Shown one piece after another: positions 1-9,017 of a stretch of DNA of 64,000 nt; the stretch's first letter is position 1; the number at the start of each line of letters is the position of its first letter. A model generated the notes under the pieces. It worked only from the letters and a program-made list of their open reading frames with translations. It was not told the origin of the DNA and did no database searches. This stretch comes from Pseudomonadales bacterium (lineage in GTDB: Bacteria; Pseudomonadota; Gammaproteobacteria; Pseudomonadales; JBECKS01), in NCBI GenBank assembly GCA_965223975.1, contig OZ245031.1:2132145-2196144 (forward strand), in the 5' to 3' direction. The position numbers and the translations under genes are program-made.

Positions 1-1
1 C

Positions 2-1684
2 AACGATACGGATGGTGACGGATACTCAAATGGAGATGAAACCACTGTCGGTACTGATCCTCAGGATTCCAATAGTGTGCCTGCTGATAATGATAACGAC
101 TTTATTCCAGATGCCTTAGATCCAGATGATGATAATGATGGTCTCTTGGATACTGAAGAAGCAGCATTAAATACTGATCCGTTCAGCGCTGATAGCGACA
201 ACGACGGTGTTGATGACACGACCGAAGTAGGTGATGTGAATAATGCAACCGACACTGATGGCGATGGGCTGATCGATGCTGTGGAATCGTCTATTGAAGA
301 CGCGGACGCAGACGGAGTAAATGACCAAGCGGATGCGGCCAACAACGACCCAACTAATGACTCGGATGGTGACGGTTTTGATAATGCTACCGAAACATTA
401 GCGGGCTCTGATCCTTTGGACCCAAATCATTTACCTTCTGATTTTGATGGTGACGGCTTAGCGGATGTTGTGGACGAGGATGATGATAATGACGGTCTTC
501 CAGATCTACTTGATCCTAATGACTTTAATCAAGATACGGATGGCGACAATATTAACGATAATGCTGACGTTGATATTGACGGAGATGGTGTTGATGACAA
601 CGGTCTAATAGATACGGACGGAGATGGTATTCATGATGCTGCTGATATCGATGTTGATGGTGATGGAATCGATGACAATGGCACTGATGAAGACCTTGAT
701 GATATCAATAATCTCTTTGATTTAGATGACGATAATGACTATCTACTTGACGAGTTTGATCCTGATAGTGCGAATATCGATATTGATGGAGATGGTATTC
801 ACGATGGAGCTGATGTAGATGTTGATGGCGATGGTGTTCTCGATAACGGCATTGATAGTGATTTTGATGGCATAAATGACATCGCTGATGCTGATGTAGA
901 TGGCGACGAAATCGTTGATAATGGTATCGATACTGACGCTGACGGAATCAATAATATGTTAGATCTTGTTGATACCAACCGAGATGGTGTACCGGATTAT
1001 GTTGAGTGTCCGAATGTAATTACTAACTGCCCTGATACTGATTCAGATGGTGTGTTAGATATTATGGAGATCGACAGTGACGGAGACGGCTATTCAGATT
1101 TTGAAGAAAACGCAGGCTTTGGAATTGACTCGGATCGAGATCAAATTGACGATCGCTTTGATGTTGATGCAACTGGAGGTTTAGACCTCAATGGTGATGG
1201 TATAGATGATGGTGTACCGATCGATACCGATAATGATGGAATTCCGGACTTTAGAGATCTGGATAGTGACGGTGATGGAATGTCTGATATTACTGAGTTT
1301 GGTGATACGGACGGAGACGGCATCCCGGCTAGAGTTGATCTTGAAGGTATAGGGTTGGGGCCTGGCGATAACGAAATGGATCTAGTAGCCGATATTATTG
1401 AGTGTCCAAACTATCCATTCGTTTGTTGGGATTCGGATAGTGATGGTGTGCCGGATTATTTTGATACGGATAGTGATAATGATGGTGTGTCTGATCAAAT
1501 TGAAATGAATTTGACGTTTATTGGAGATGATGACTTTGACGGTATTCAAAACAGTTTTGATATGGATGATGGCCTAGCGGGTATCCCATTTGGAGGGGTA
1601 GATGCTGATGGTGATGGAATTGTTGATAGTTTTCCTGATAACGACAATGACGGTATGCCAAATTATCGGGACCCAGATAGTTAG
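2..1684 (+). CDS. Asp-rich thrombospondin type-3-like calcium-binding repeat protein, 5' partial
   Basis: The frame is open from base 2 (NDTDGDGYSNGDE...), so the track start at 77 is internal. It has dozens of DxDxDGxxDxxD units and repeated ECPN..C.D(T/S)DSDGVPDY modules. Confidence 0.8.
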   Translation, partial: NDTDGDGYSNGDETTVGTDPQDSNSVPADNDNDFIPDALDPDDDNDGLLDTEEAALNTDPFSADSDNDGVDDTTEVGDVNNATDTDGDGLIDAVESSIEDADADGVNDQADAANNDPTNDSDGDGFDNATETLAGSDPLDPNHLPSDFDGDGLADVVDEDDDNDGLPDLLDPNDFNQDTDGDNINDNADVDIDGDGVDDNGLIDTDGDGIHDAADIDVDGDGIDDNGTDEDLDDINNLFDLDDDNDYLLDEFDPDSANIDIDGDGIHDGADVDVDGDGVLDNGIDSDFDGINDIADADVDGDEIVDNGIDTDADGINNMLDLVDTNRDGVPDYVECPNVITNCPDTDSDGVLDIMEIDSDGDGYSDFEENAGFGIDSDRDQIDDRFDVDATGGLDLNGDGIDDGVPIDTDNDGIPDFRDLDSDGDGMSDITEFGDTDGDGIPARVDLEGIGLGPGDNEMDLVADIIECPNYPFVCWDSDSDGVPDYFDTDSDNDGVSDQIEMNLTFIGDDDFDGIQNSFDMDDGLAGIPFGGVDADGDGIVDSFPDNDNDGMPNYRDPDS

Positions 1685-1848
1685 GGCTAAGATAATTAAA
1701 ACCAAGATAGTTAGATAGGGAAGAGGGCTTGGTAATAAACTTGATTCCGAATCAATTAAGTTACCAAGCCTTCGGTTAATGTGAGTGACGCTCTTTGTAT
1801 TTAGGAATGAGCTGCATGCTAAAAGGAATGTATACTGTAAAAGGATTT

Positions 1849-3873
1849 ATGCTTATGCGTCAGTTAGGTATGAGGGTGTTTGGGTTTTGTTTTGTTCTGG
1901 CTGCGACCTTCCCTGCTATAAGTTTTGCAGCTGTGGACTTTGACGCCTGCCGATCAGAGGCCAAGATTAGCAATATAGACCCCAATGATTTTGATGGTGA
2001 TGGATTGATTGATGCGAGCGATCCTGATCAGGATGGAGATGGTTTGACAGATGCTAGTGAGTCAGCACCTGATTTAACACAACCAAATATTCTGTCCTAT
2101 GACACTGATCAAGACGGTATAGATGATTTGGCGGATATCGATAGTAACCCTGGTGCCGACGCAGATGGTGACGGTATTTTAGATATTTATGATTACGAGG
2201 TTGCGGGCTCTTTTAACGGTTCTGATTTTGATGGCGATGGTGTTAATGATGTAGGTGACTCTGATGCTGATGCTGACGGACTGTTGGATACCAAAGATCC
2301 CGATCCATTTGACGCGGATATTGATGGGGATTCTATTTTAGATGGTTCTGATGCTGACATAGATGGTGACGGGGTTTTAGACAATGGACCAGACTTAGAC
2401 AAGGACGGTATTAATGACGCAACAGATCCTGATGCTGACGGCGACGGTATTCCACAGGGAGCGCGTAATGACGGTTTTGTTGAGGCAGATGACTATAATT
2501 GTGCTAACACCTTAGATTTAACCGGGGACAGCGACGAAGATGGCTGGAGTGATCGCTTCGAGTGCCCCACTGCCCTTAAACCCGGTCTACCCGCCCCCCC
2601 TGGGCTGCTTAACCCTATTGCTTGTTTGCACCCGCGGGCTATATTTTTGAACGTATGGGTTCGAGAAGCAGATGACCTAGATGGAGATCTTTTTCCTGAT
2701 GTGGATGATGTTGATATAGATGGTGATGGTATTCCTAATCAATATGAAGATTGGAATATAGATGGAGACAATGATCCATCTACGATGCCTTTGGATACTG
2801 ATGCAGATGGCACGCCTGATTATTTGGACATGGATAGCGATAATGATGCCACCTATGACCCAGATGCTGACGGAGTATTTAATCCAAATGACGTGAAAAG
2901 TGATCCGGGCGCCATGCTTGATGTGGTTGAAACTGGAGTACCTGGTATTTCAATTGGTTGGGATAACGAAAGTGATCTGTTTTTAGCTGCTGATTATGAC
3001 TGGGATGGTATTCCCGATGCGTATGACCCTGTAAAGGAAGGTGGTATGTATAGATTTCTGACTTTTCAAGTTTATGGTCCGCCGGACACGGATGGTGATG
3101 GAATATCAGACGGGGTTTTGCTTAGGGATACAGATGCTGATGGTATTCCTGATTATGTGGATATTGATCAAGATAGTATGTTTTCTGGGGACAGTGATGG
3201 TGACTTTGCCTTGGATGTTCACGAGTGTCCGAATTGGCCGAGCGATTGTGATGATGATGATAGCGATGGTCAGCCAAATTACATGGAACAAAACTTTGAT
3301 GTTGATGACGACGGTTTTACTAACGAAGAAGAAGGCCCATCTGATATAGATGGAGACGGTATTCCCAACTATTTTGATCTCGATGCTGACGGAAATGGAA
3401 CCAACGACGATGTGGAAGGAAACTCTGACCTAGATGGAGATGGTATTCCTGATTATCTAGATACAGATAATGACGGGGATTTGCTGTCGGATACAGATGA
3501 ATTAAGTTTTGGTACTGACCCCTTAGATCCTGATACGGATGACGATGGTTTGAATGATTCCCAGGAGAAATTTGCAAAAACCGATCCCCTTAATCGCGAC
3601 ACTGATGGTGATGGCGAAAGCGATTTTGATGAAGTTGGTTCAGACCCTAGTCAGCCTTTAGATACGGATGGGGATAAAATTATTGATGCGCTTGAATCAA
3701 TGGACGTGGATTCTGATGGAGACTTTATCCCCAATGAGCTCGATCGAAAAAACCACGAGGTGGTTCCCGTAAAAATTGGTCGGGAAGGTGTTGGTCACCT
3801 GAATGTGATATTTGTTTTTTTAATGATGTCTTATTTTCTTGTTCGTAATTTAAGGAAACAAGAAGTAGCTTAA
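1849..3873 (+). CDS. Secreted Asp-rich TSP3-like repeat protein with a C-terminal hydrophobic anchor
   Basis: The signal peptide MRVFGFCFVLAATFPAISFA follows the ATG at 1849/1855, with AAGGA upstream. It carries the same DxDxDG repeats. The C-terminus is HLNVIFVFLMMSYFLVRNLRK. The start is uncertain (track start 1795). Confidence 0.8.
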   Translation: MLMRQLGMRVFGFCFVLAATFPAISFAAVDFDACRSEAKISNIDPNDFDGDGLIDASDPDQDGDGLTDASESAPDLTQPNILSYDTDQDGIDDLADIDSNPGADADGDGILDIYDYEVAGSFNGSDFDGDGVNDVGDSDADADGLLDTKDPDPFDADIDGDSILDGSDADIDGDGVLDNGPDLDKDGINDATDPDADGDGIPQGARNDGFVEADDYNCANTLDLTGDSDEDGWSDRFECPTALKPGLPAPPGLLNPIACLHPRAIFLNVWVREADDLDGDLFPDVDDVDIDGDGIPNQYEDWNIDGDNDPSTMPLDTDADGTPDYLDMDSDNDATYDPDADGVFNPNDVKSDPGAMLDVVETGVPGISIGWDNESDLFLAADYDWDGIPDAYDPVKEGGMYRFLTFQVYGPPDTDGDGISDGVLLRDTDADGIPDYVDIDQDSMFSGDSDGDFALDVHECPNWPSDCDDDDSDGQPNYMEQNFDVDDDGFTNEEEGPSDIDGDGIPNYFDLDADGNGTNDDVEGNSDLDGDGIPDYLDTDNDGDLLSDTDELSFGTDPLDPDTDDDGLNDSQEKFAKTDPLNRDTDGDGESDFDEVGSDPSQPLDTDGDKIIDALESMDVDSDGDFIPNELDRKNHEVVPVKIGREGVGHLNVIFVFLMMSYFLVRNLRKQEVA

Positions 3874-3906
3874 GAAGTATTAGTTGTTCTAGACCAGGAT
3901 GGTCAA

Positions 3907-5574
3907 ATGTATTATTTGAAAAATTTAGGCTTTAAGGCCGTAAAATTATTAACGCTGATTTTAATTATGACTATTGGTGTGCATGTAAATGCACAGGAAC
4001 CTGAACCCGAATTGGAAAGTGGTCAAGGGCAAGATATTTCATCCGATTTCCAGGAAGATGGTTTGCCTCCCAATGAGCCGAGTCAGGGTGTTGGTCTCGA
4101 AAGTGATCAAGAGGAAACCCAGGGTGAATCGGGTTTATTTGGTAAATCAAAAGGTTGGTACCTAGGTGCACAACTTGGCGTTTCAGAGTTTGACCCTATC
4201 CTGGTAGATACAGGATTTAGTTTGGCAGAAGAAAGGGACCAGGGCTTCCGTTTGTTTACTGGATTAATTTTTTCTCCAGATGTTTTGTTAGAACTGTCTT
4301 ATGAAGAACTGGGGAAGGCTGAATTAATTAATCTTGTTGATATTGAGAAGAACGTTAGTTATCAGCATTTTGGCGCTTCAGGCCTTTGGTTTCCTGGTAA
4401 GGAGAATGGCTATTTCAAAGAAAGAGATTGGCGCTGGTACCTTATGATGGGGCTAGGTAGCTTGGAAGACGGTGGCAGTGCGTTTACTGATAAAGAACGT
4501 GACCTACAGATCCATTTTGGTGCTGGCTTGGAGTATGAGTTTGTGCCGAGTTGGAATTTGCGCCTGTCAACTGAAAGCTATGATAAAGATGCTCGATCTT
4601 TATGGTTAGGTGTGAGTAAAGTATTTAGCAATGAGTATAAAAAACAGCCCGAGCCTGTCGAAGAGCTGGAACCAGAACCAATATTTATTGATGAAGATCA
4701 AGATGATGTTGAGGATAGCTTAGATTGCTGTTTGGGCACGCGTTTAGGTGTGCGGGTAAATTCTAAGGGTTGCCCTTTGTTGGAGATGCGTCTTAAAGAA
4801 GTTAACTTTGCTTCAGGCTCATTTAGCCTTTTACCTGATTCAAAACGAATTCTAGATGATGTTGCTGATTCAATTTATCTTTATGAGTATGCAATTCTCG
4901 AAGTAGGAGCACATAGCGATAGCATTGGTTCTAATGAGGTGAATATGATGTTATCCGAGAAAAGAGCAGATAGCGTTTCAAAATATTTGATATCAAAAGG
5001 AGTCGCGGAAAAGTCTTTAGTCGTGAGGGGCTACGGCGAAGAGCAACCTATAGCGGATAACGATACCCTCGAAGGGCGCGAAATGAATCGCAGGGTGGAG
5101 ATTAAGGTATTGGATCCAGGCATAGACGAGGAAACAGGGTGTCCAGTGGTAAAAAACATTTATGTAGAGGAGGAAGGGGTTGAGACATTTTTGCAAAACA
5201 GCTCGAACAATATTCGTTTTGCCTATGGCTCTTATCATATTCTGTCGTCATCGCTGCCAACCTTAGATCGTCTAGCGGAGCAGCTGATTAACAACCCGGA
5301 TATGATTGTCGAGGTCGGTGCGCACACTGATAGTATCGGATCTAAAGAACACAATCTTAAGTTATCAACGCGTAGAGCTAATCAGGTCTATGAGCACCTA
5401 GTGCATAAAGGTGTAAGACCGGATCAGATTTTTGCGGTGGGATATGGGGAAGATAAACCTGTTGCCGATAATGGGACTAGTGGGGGTCGCGAACAGAATC
5501 GTCGGGTTGAAATTAAGATAGTGCCTAAAGGTGGCATGGAAGAAAGTGTAGAAGCTCAAGATGCAATGAATTAG
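3907..5574 (+). CDS. OmpA-family outer membrane protein with two tandem OmpA_C (peptidoglycan-binding) domains
   Basis: It has a signal peptide, an acidic linker and a beta-barrel-like N-terminal half. Two copies of the GAH(S/T)DSIGS...NRRVEIK motif are present, each preceded by a Cys-containing GCP linker. Confidence 0.85.
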   Translation: MYYLKNLGFKAVKLLTLILIMTIGVHVNAQEPEPELESGQGQDISSDFQEDGLPPNEPSQGVGLESDQEETQGESGLFGKSKGWYLGAQLGVSEFDPILVDTGFSLAEERDQGFRLFTGLIFSPDVLLELSYEELGKAELINLVDIEKNVSYQHFGASGLWFPGKENGYFKERDWRWYLMMGLGSLEDGGSAFTDKERDLQIHFGAGLEYEFVPSWNLRLSTESYDKDARSLWLGVSKVFSNEYKKQPEPVEELEPEPIFIDEDQDDVEDSLDCCLGTRLGVRVNSKGCPLLEMRLKEVNFASGSFSLLPDSKRILDDVADSIYLYEYAILEVGAHSDSIGSNEVNMMLSEKRADSVSKYLISKGVAEKSLVVRGYGEEQPIADNDTLEGREMNRRVEIKVLDPGIDEETGCPVVKNIYVEEEGVETFLQNSSNNIRFAYGSYHILSSSLPTLDRLAEQLINNPDMIVEVGAHTDSIGSKEHNLKLSTRRANQVYEHLVHKGVRPDQIFAVGYGEDKPVADNGTSGGREQNRRVEIKIVPKGGMEESVEAQDAMN

Positions 5575-5611
5575 TGTTGGCTTGTTAAGAGACGCTGCTT
5601 TAAAAGCTCCT

Positions 5612-6094
5612 TTAAGATTTATTAGCGTTTCTTAAAAGGCGTTGCTTGTCTCTGTTCCAGTCTTTCTGCTTTTGGCTTTCTCGTTTGTCGTGCTTTTGCT
5701 TGCCTCTTGCTAGAGCAATTTCGCACTTAGCTAAACCTTTTGACCAGTAGACCGACAAAGCTACGCAAGTAAGCCCTTTTTTGGCGATAGCGCCTTCTAT
5801 CCTATCAATTTGTTGGCGGTGCAATAATAATTTTCTAGTTCTTGTTGGGTCAGCTTTTACGTGTGTAGAGGCGCTTTGCAGGGGGATAATATGAGATCCG
5901 AGTAGCCAAGCTTCCCCATTTTTTAATAATACGTATGACTCGGTAATATTGAGCTTTCCTTCTCTAAGGGACTTCACCTCCCAACCGTCAAGCACAAGAC
6001 CAGCTTTGAAGTTCTCTTCGATAAAATAATCGAATCTTGCCTTTTTATTGGTGGCGATTCTAGCTGGAGTCTGTTTTTTTGCTTTAGCGTTCAT
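5612..6094 (-). CDS. smpB: SsrA-binding protein SmpB
   Basis: 160 aa. Contains [11 protein letters not shown]...GWEVKS...LLLHRQQI, typical of SmpB. Confidence 0.95.
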   Translation of the reverse strand: MNAKAKKQTPARIATNKKARFDYFIEENFKAGLVLDGWEVKSLREGKLNITESYVLLKNGEAWLLGSHIIPLQSASTHVKADPTRTRKLLLHRQQIDRIEGAIAKKGLTCVALSVYWSKGLAKCEIALARGKQKHDKRESQKQKDWNRDKQRLLRNANKS

Positions 6095-6237
6095 GGCGGA
6101 TGTGGGCTGAGGTCCCTATACCTACTCTATATTAGCATTTTTGGGTTTAGGACTCGGACTATACTTGAGTAGGCTGTGCTTTTTAAGCACAATTGGTCCC
6201 CAACATTAATTAATAAAGTGGTGCTCCTCAGGTAATC

Positions 6238-7638
6238 ATGGAGGCCATAGGGAAGGGAGACATGTCAGATTCATCTCAAAGTAAAACCTGGGGCAGTCGT
6301 TGGGTTTTTATCTTAGCGGCAACAGGTTCGGCAGTTGGGCTGGGCAATATATGGAAATTCCCTTATATCACTGGTGAAAATGGTGGCGGTGCGTTTGTTT
6401 TAGTGTATTTGGCCTGCATTTTTATGATTGGCATTCCTATAATGATTGGTGAGGTGATGATTGGCAGGAAATCCCAGTTAGATCCGGTCAATGGTATGCA
6501 GCTACTGGCTAGAAAAGCGGAAGCCTCACGCTTTTGGACTTTGTTGGGTGTTATGGGGGTTCTAGCGGGCTTCTTAATTCTGTCTTATTACAGTGTTATT
6601 GCTGGTTGGGCTTTGTCCTATGTCGTTGATGCGGCTGGTGGAGCCTTTGAAGGCGCAAGTGCAGAGCAGATTGGTGCAGCATTTGAGCAGGATCTATTAG
6701 GTGAGCCTTGGGTGCTGACCTTTTGGCACACTTTGTTTATGGTGCTGACTATGGTGGTGGTGGCTAAGGGAGTAAATAAAGGTATCGAAAGAGCTATTAT
6801 GTTTTTGATGCCTGCATTGTTTGTTTTATTAGGTGTGATGTTGGCTTACGCTTTCAGTTCTGGAAACTTTATGGATGGTGTTCGTTTTCTTTTCACCTTT
6901 GATGCGAGCAAACTTGGAGCTGATAGCGTCTTAACTGCTATGGGGCATGCCTTTTTTACTTTGAGTTTAGGTATGGGGGCGATCATGGTGTATGGCTCCT
7001 ATATGCCTAAAAGTGCCTCAATAGGAGCCACTGTATTAACCGTTGGTTTTTTAGACACTTTGGTTGCACTCGTGGCAGGTATGTCGATTTTTCCAATTGT
7101 GTTTGCGAATAACCTTGAGCCAGGAGCAGGACCAGGTTTGCTGTTTGTCACCCTTCCGGTTGCCTTTGGACAAATGCCCATGGGTAGTATTTTCGCAGTT
7201 GTATTTTTTGTGTTGGTGAGCTTCGCAGCTTGGAGTTCGTCCATTTCTTTGATTGAGCCCGCCGTCGCATGGTTAGAGAGAAAAGGTAAGTCTCGAGTAA
7301 AAGTTTCCCTAGGACTCGGGTTTGCATGTTGGTTAGTCGGTATGGGCACGGTGTTCTCGTTTAATATCGGTGCCGAATATAAAATCTTTGGCTTAACCTT
7401 TTTTGATGCTTTGGATTATCTGACTTCAAATATCATGCTGCCATTGGGCGGTTTGTTGATCGCGATTTTCTCTGGGTGGATTATGAAACGAACCACCGTG
7501 CAGAAGGAAATCGCATTTAAGAGCTTTGCGGTTTATGCGGCTTGGACAATCGTGATTCGTTTTGTCGCGCCAGCTGGTGTGATTGTCGTGATAGCTTGGA
7601 CGTTATTCCAAGAGCAAATAAAAGCGCTTCTGGCGTAA
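6238..7638 (+). CDS. Sodium-dependent transporter, neurotransmitter:sodium symporter (SNF/NSS) family
   Basis: Contains the GSAVGLGNIWKFPY motif and is polytopic. An alternative start at ATG 6262 is possible. Confidence 0.88.
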   Translation: MEAIGKGDMSDSSQSKTWGSRWVFILAATGSAVGLGNIWKFPYITGENGGGAFVLVYLACIFMIGIPIMIGEVMIGRKSQLDPVNGMQLLARKAEASRFWTLLGVMGVLAGFLILSYYSVIAGWALSYVVDAAGGAFEGASAEQIGAAFEQDLLGEPWVLTFWHTLFMVLTMVVVAKGVNKGIERAIMFLMPALFVLLGVMLAYAFSSGNFMDGVRFLFTFDASKLGADSVLTAMGHAFFTLSLGMGAIMVYGSYMPKSASIGATVLTVGFLDTLVALVAGMSIFPIVFANNLEPGAGPGLLFVTLPVAFGQMPMGSIFAVVFFVLVSFAAWSSSISLIEPAVAWLERKGKSRVKVSLGLGFACWLVGMGTVFSFNIGAEYKIFGLTFFDALDYLTSNIMLPLGGLLIAIFSGWIMKRTTVQKEIAFKSFAVYAAWTIVIRFVAPAGVIVVIAWTLFQEQIKALLA

Positions 7639-7675
7639 TCGCTGTTATAAAGATTAAGTATTTAAGGAAAGGACT

Positions 7676-7981
7676 GTGGCAAAAATACAGGTAGAAGTGG
7701 CCTACGCTTTACCCGATAAACAAATCCTATTGAGTCTCGAAGTTGAGGAGGGAGCAACTTTATACGACGCTGCTATAGCTTCAGGTATTGCGGATAAGTT
7801 TCCTGGTTTGGATTTAGAAACAAACGACATGGGAATATTTGGCAAAGGTGAAGCCAAACCCAAGGAAACTCAGCTACGCGATGGGGATCGAGTTGAAATC
7901 TATCGCCCCTTAATTGCTGACCCTAAAGAAGTTAGAAAAAAGCGAGCGGAGGCCGCTAAAAAGAAAAAGGAAGAAGGCTAG
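7676..7981 (+). CDS. rnfH: RnfH family ubiquitin-like protein (UPF0125)
   Basis: Contains IQVEVAYALPDKQ...DRVEIYRPLIADPKE. It sits in the conserved position between smpB and bamE. GTG start. Confidence 0.85.
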   Translation: MAKIQVEVAYALPDKQILLSLEVEEGATLYDAAIASGIADKFPGLDLETNDMGIFGKGEAKPKETQLRDGDRVEIYRPLIADPKEVRKKRAEAAKKKKEEG

Positions 7982-8004
7982 TTCTGCCAAACTAAGACGT
8001 TAGT

Positions 8005-8436
8005 TTAAAAAATCCAGAGAAACTTCTTTCGCTCAGCTTGCTTAGGTAGGGGCTCTCTACGCAGGCTGCTTTGGCGTATCGTTCCTATCAATTCGTAGTT
8101 CGTGTAACGCTCTTGCTCAAAAAAAACAGTGACCTGGCTGCTCTTGGTGAGATTTGTTCTGCCAGTTTTTAATGTGTAGTAGTAGTCCCAGCGATCTTCG
8201 TTAAAAGTATCCTCGACTAGGGGTGATCCTAATATGTATTTGACTTGGTTCTGGGTCATCCCAGGCTGAAGCTTATCTAGCAGGTCTTGGGTAACAATAT
8301 TTCCTTGAGCAATGTCTATTTTATAGACACCGGGAAATCTCAGATTACTGCATGCAGACAAGGTGCTGAAAATGAGAGCTGAAATAATCAGTGTTCTTAG
8401 CGCTCGCTTAGACTGTTGAATTCGAAAAATATACAT
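8005..8436 (-). CDS. bamE: Outer membrane protein assembly factor BamE (SmpA/OmlA lipoprotein)
   Basis: Lipobox LSAC, then IDIAQGN...QVKYILGSPL..D.F..DRWDYYY. Confidence 0.9.
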   Translation of the reverse strand: MYIFRIQQSKRALRTLIISALIFSTLSACSNLRFPGVYKIDIAQGNIVTQDLLDKLQPGMTQNQVKYILGSPLVEDTFNEDRWDYYYTLKTGRTNLTKSSQVTVFFEQERYTNYELIGTIRQSSLRREPLPKQAERKKFLWIF

Positions 8437-8597
8437 ATAAATAGTGGGGTCTTTTGGTGAGGCTTTTTTGATTTTACGGAATTAGAAACTTTTATCGGGC
8501 GAATTCTACAAAGCCAATTGTATTATGGCTAACATTTAGATACCGTAGCGCCAACAAGTTCCCCAAATCTTTAACTAACGAATTATGAGCTAAGACC

Positions 8598-9005
8598 TTG
8601 GAAAATCAAGAACTAAAGAAAGCCGGCCTTAAAGTTACCTCTCCTCGGGTGAAAATCCTCGCCACCATTGAAAGTGCAAAGGAACATCATTTAAGCGCTG
8701 AGGATATCTATAAGCTGCTTATTGATCAGAACGAGGATATTGGTATTGCGACTATTTATCGCGTGCTGACTCAATTCGAAGAAGCAGGTTTGTTAGTTAA
8801 GCACAATTTTGATGATGGTCGATCGGTGTTTGAGCTGGCTAGCGAAGATCACCATGATCATATGGTTTGCCAAAAATGCGGCAAGGTGGAAGAGTTTTTT
8901 GATCAACAGATCGAGGAGCGTCAGGAACAGGTTGCTGACCAGCGCGGTTTTAAGATCTTGCACCATAGTCATTCTATTTATGGCTTGTGTAGCGATTGCC
9001 AATAA
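8598..9005 (+). CDS. fur: Ferric uptake regulator Fur
   Basis: Contains LKKAGLKVTSPRVKIL...IATIYRVLTQFEEAGL...HHDHMVC..CGKV. TTG start. Confidence 0.93.
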   Translation: MENQELKKAGLKVTSPRVKILATIESAKEHHLSAEDIYKLLIDQNEDIGIATIYRVLTQFEEAGLLVKHNFDDGRSVFELASEDHHDHMVCQKCGKVEEFFDQQIEERQEQVADQRGFKILHHSHSIYGLCSDCQ

Positions 9006-9017
9006 AGACCTCTGAGC

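Noticed and set aside
2594-2600. C7 homopolymer inside the second repeat-protein gene, considered as a phase-variation tract.
   Set aside because: Seven bases is short for contingency loci. The reading frame is intact and encodes a sensible PAPPG loop between two Cys. No second tract or promoter context supports switching.
61-3577. Antisense or alternate-frame ORFs inside the Asp-repeat genes (61-345, 1141-1323, 2193-2402, 3074-3349, 3106-3291, 3320-3577).
   Set aside because: They are mirror images of GAT/GAC-rich codons and give Ser/Pro/Ile-rich low-complexity products. They have no start context and are fully nested in strongly supported genes.
1-3873. Highly repetitive DNA considered as a CRISPR array or other non-coding repeat array.
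   Set aside because: The repeats are in frame, degenerate at the DNA level and conserved at the protein level (DxDxDG). There is no repeat/spacer alternation and no cas genes.
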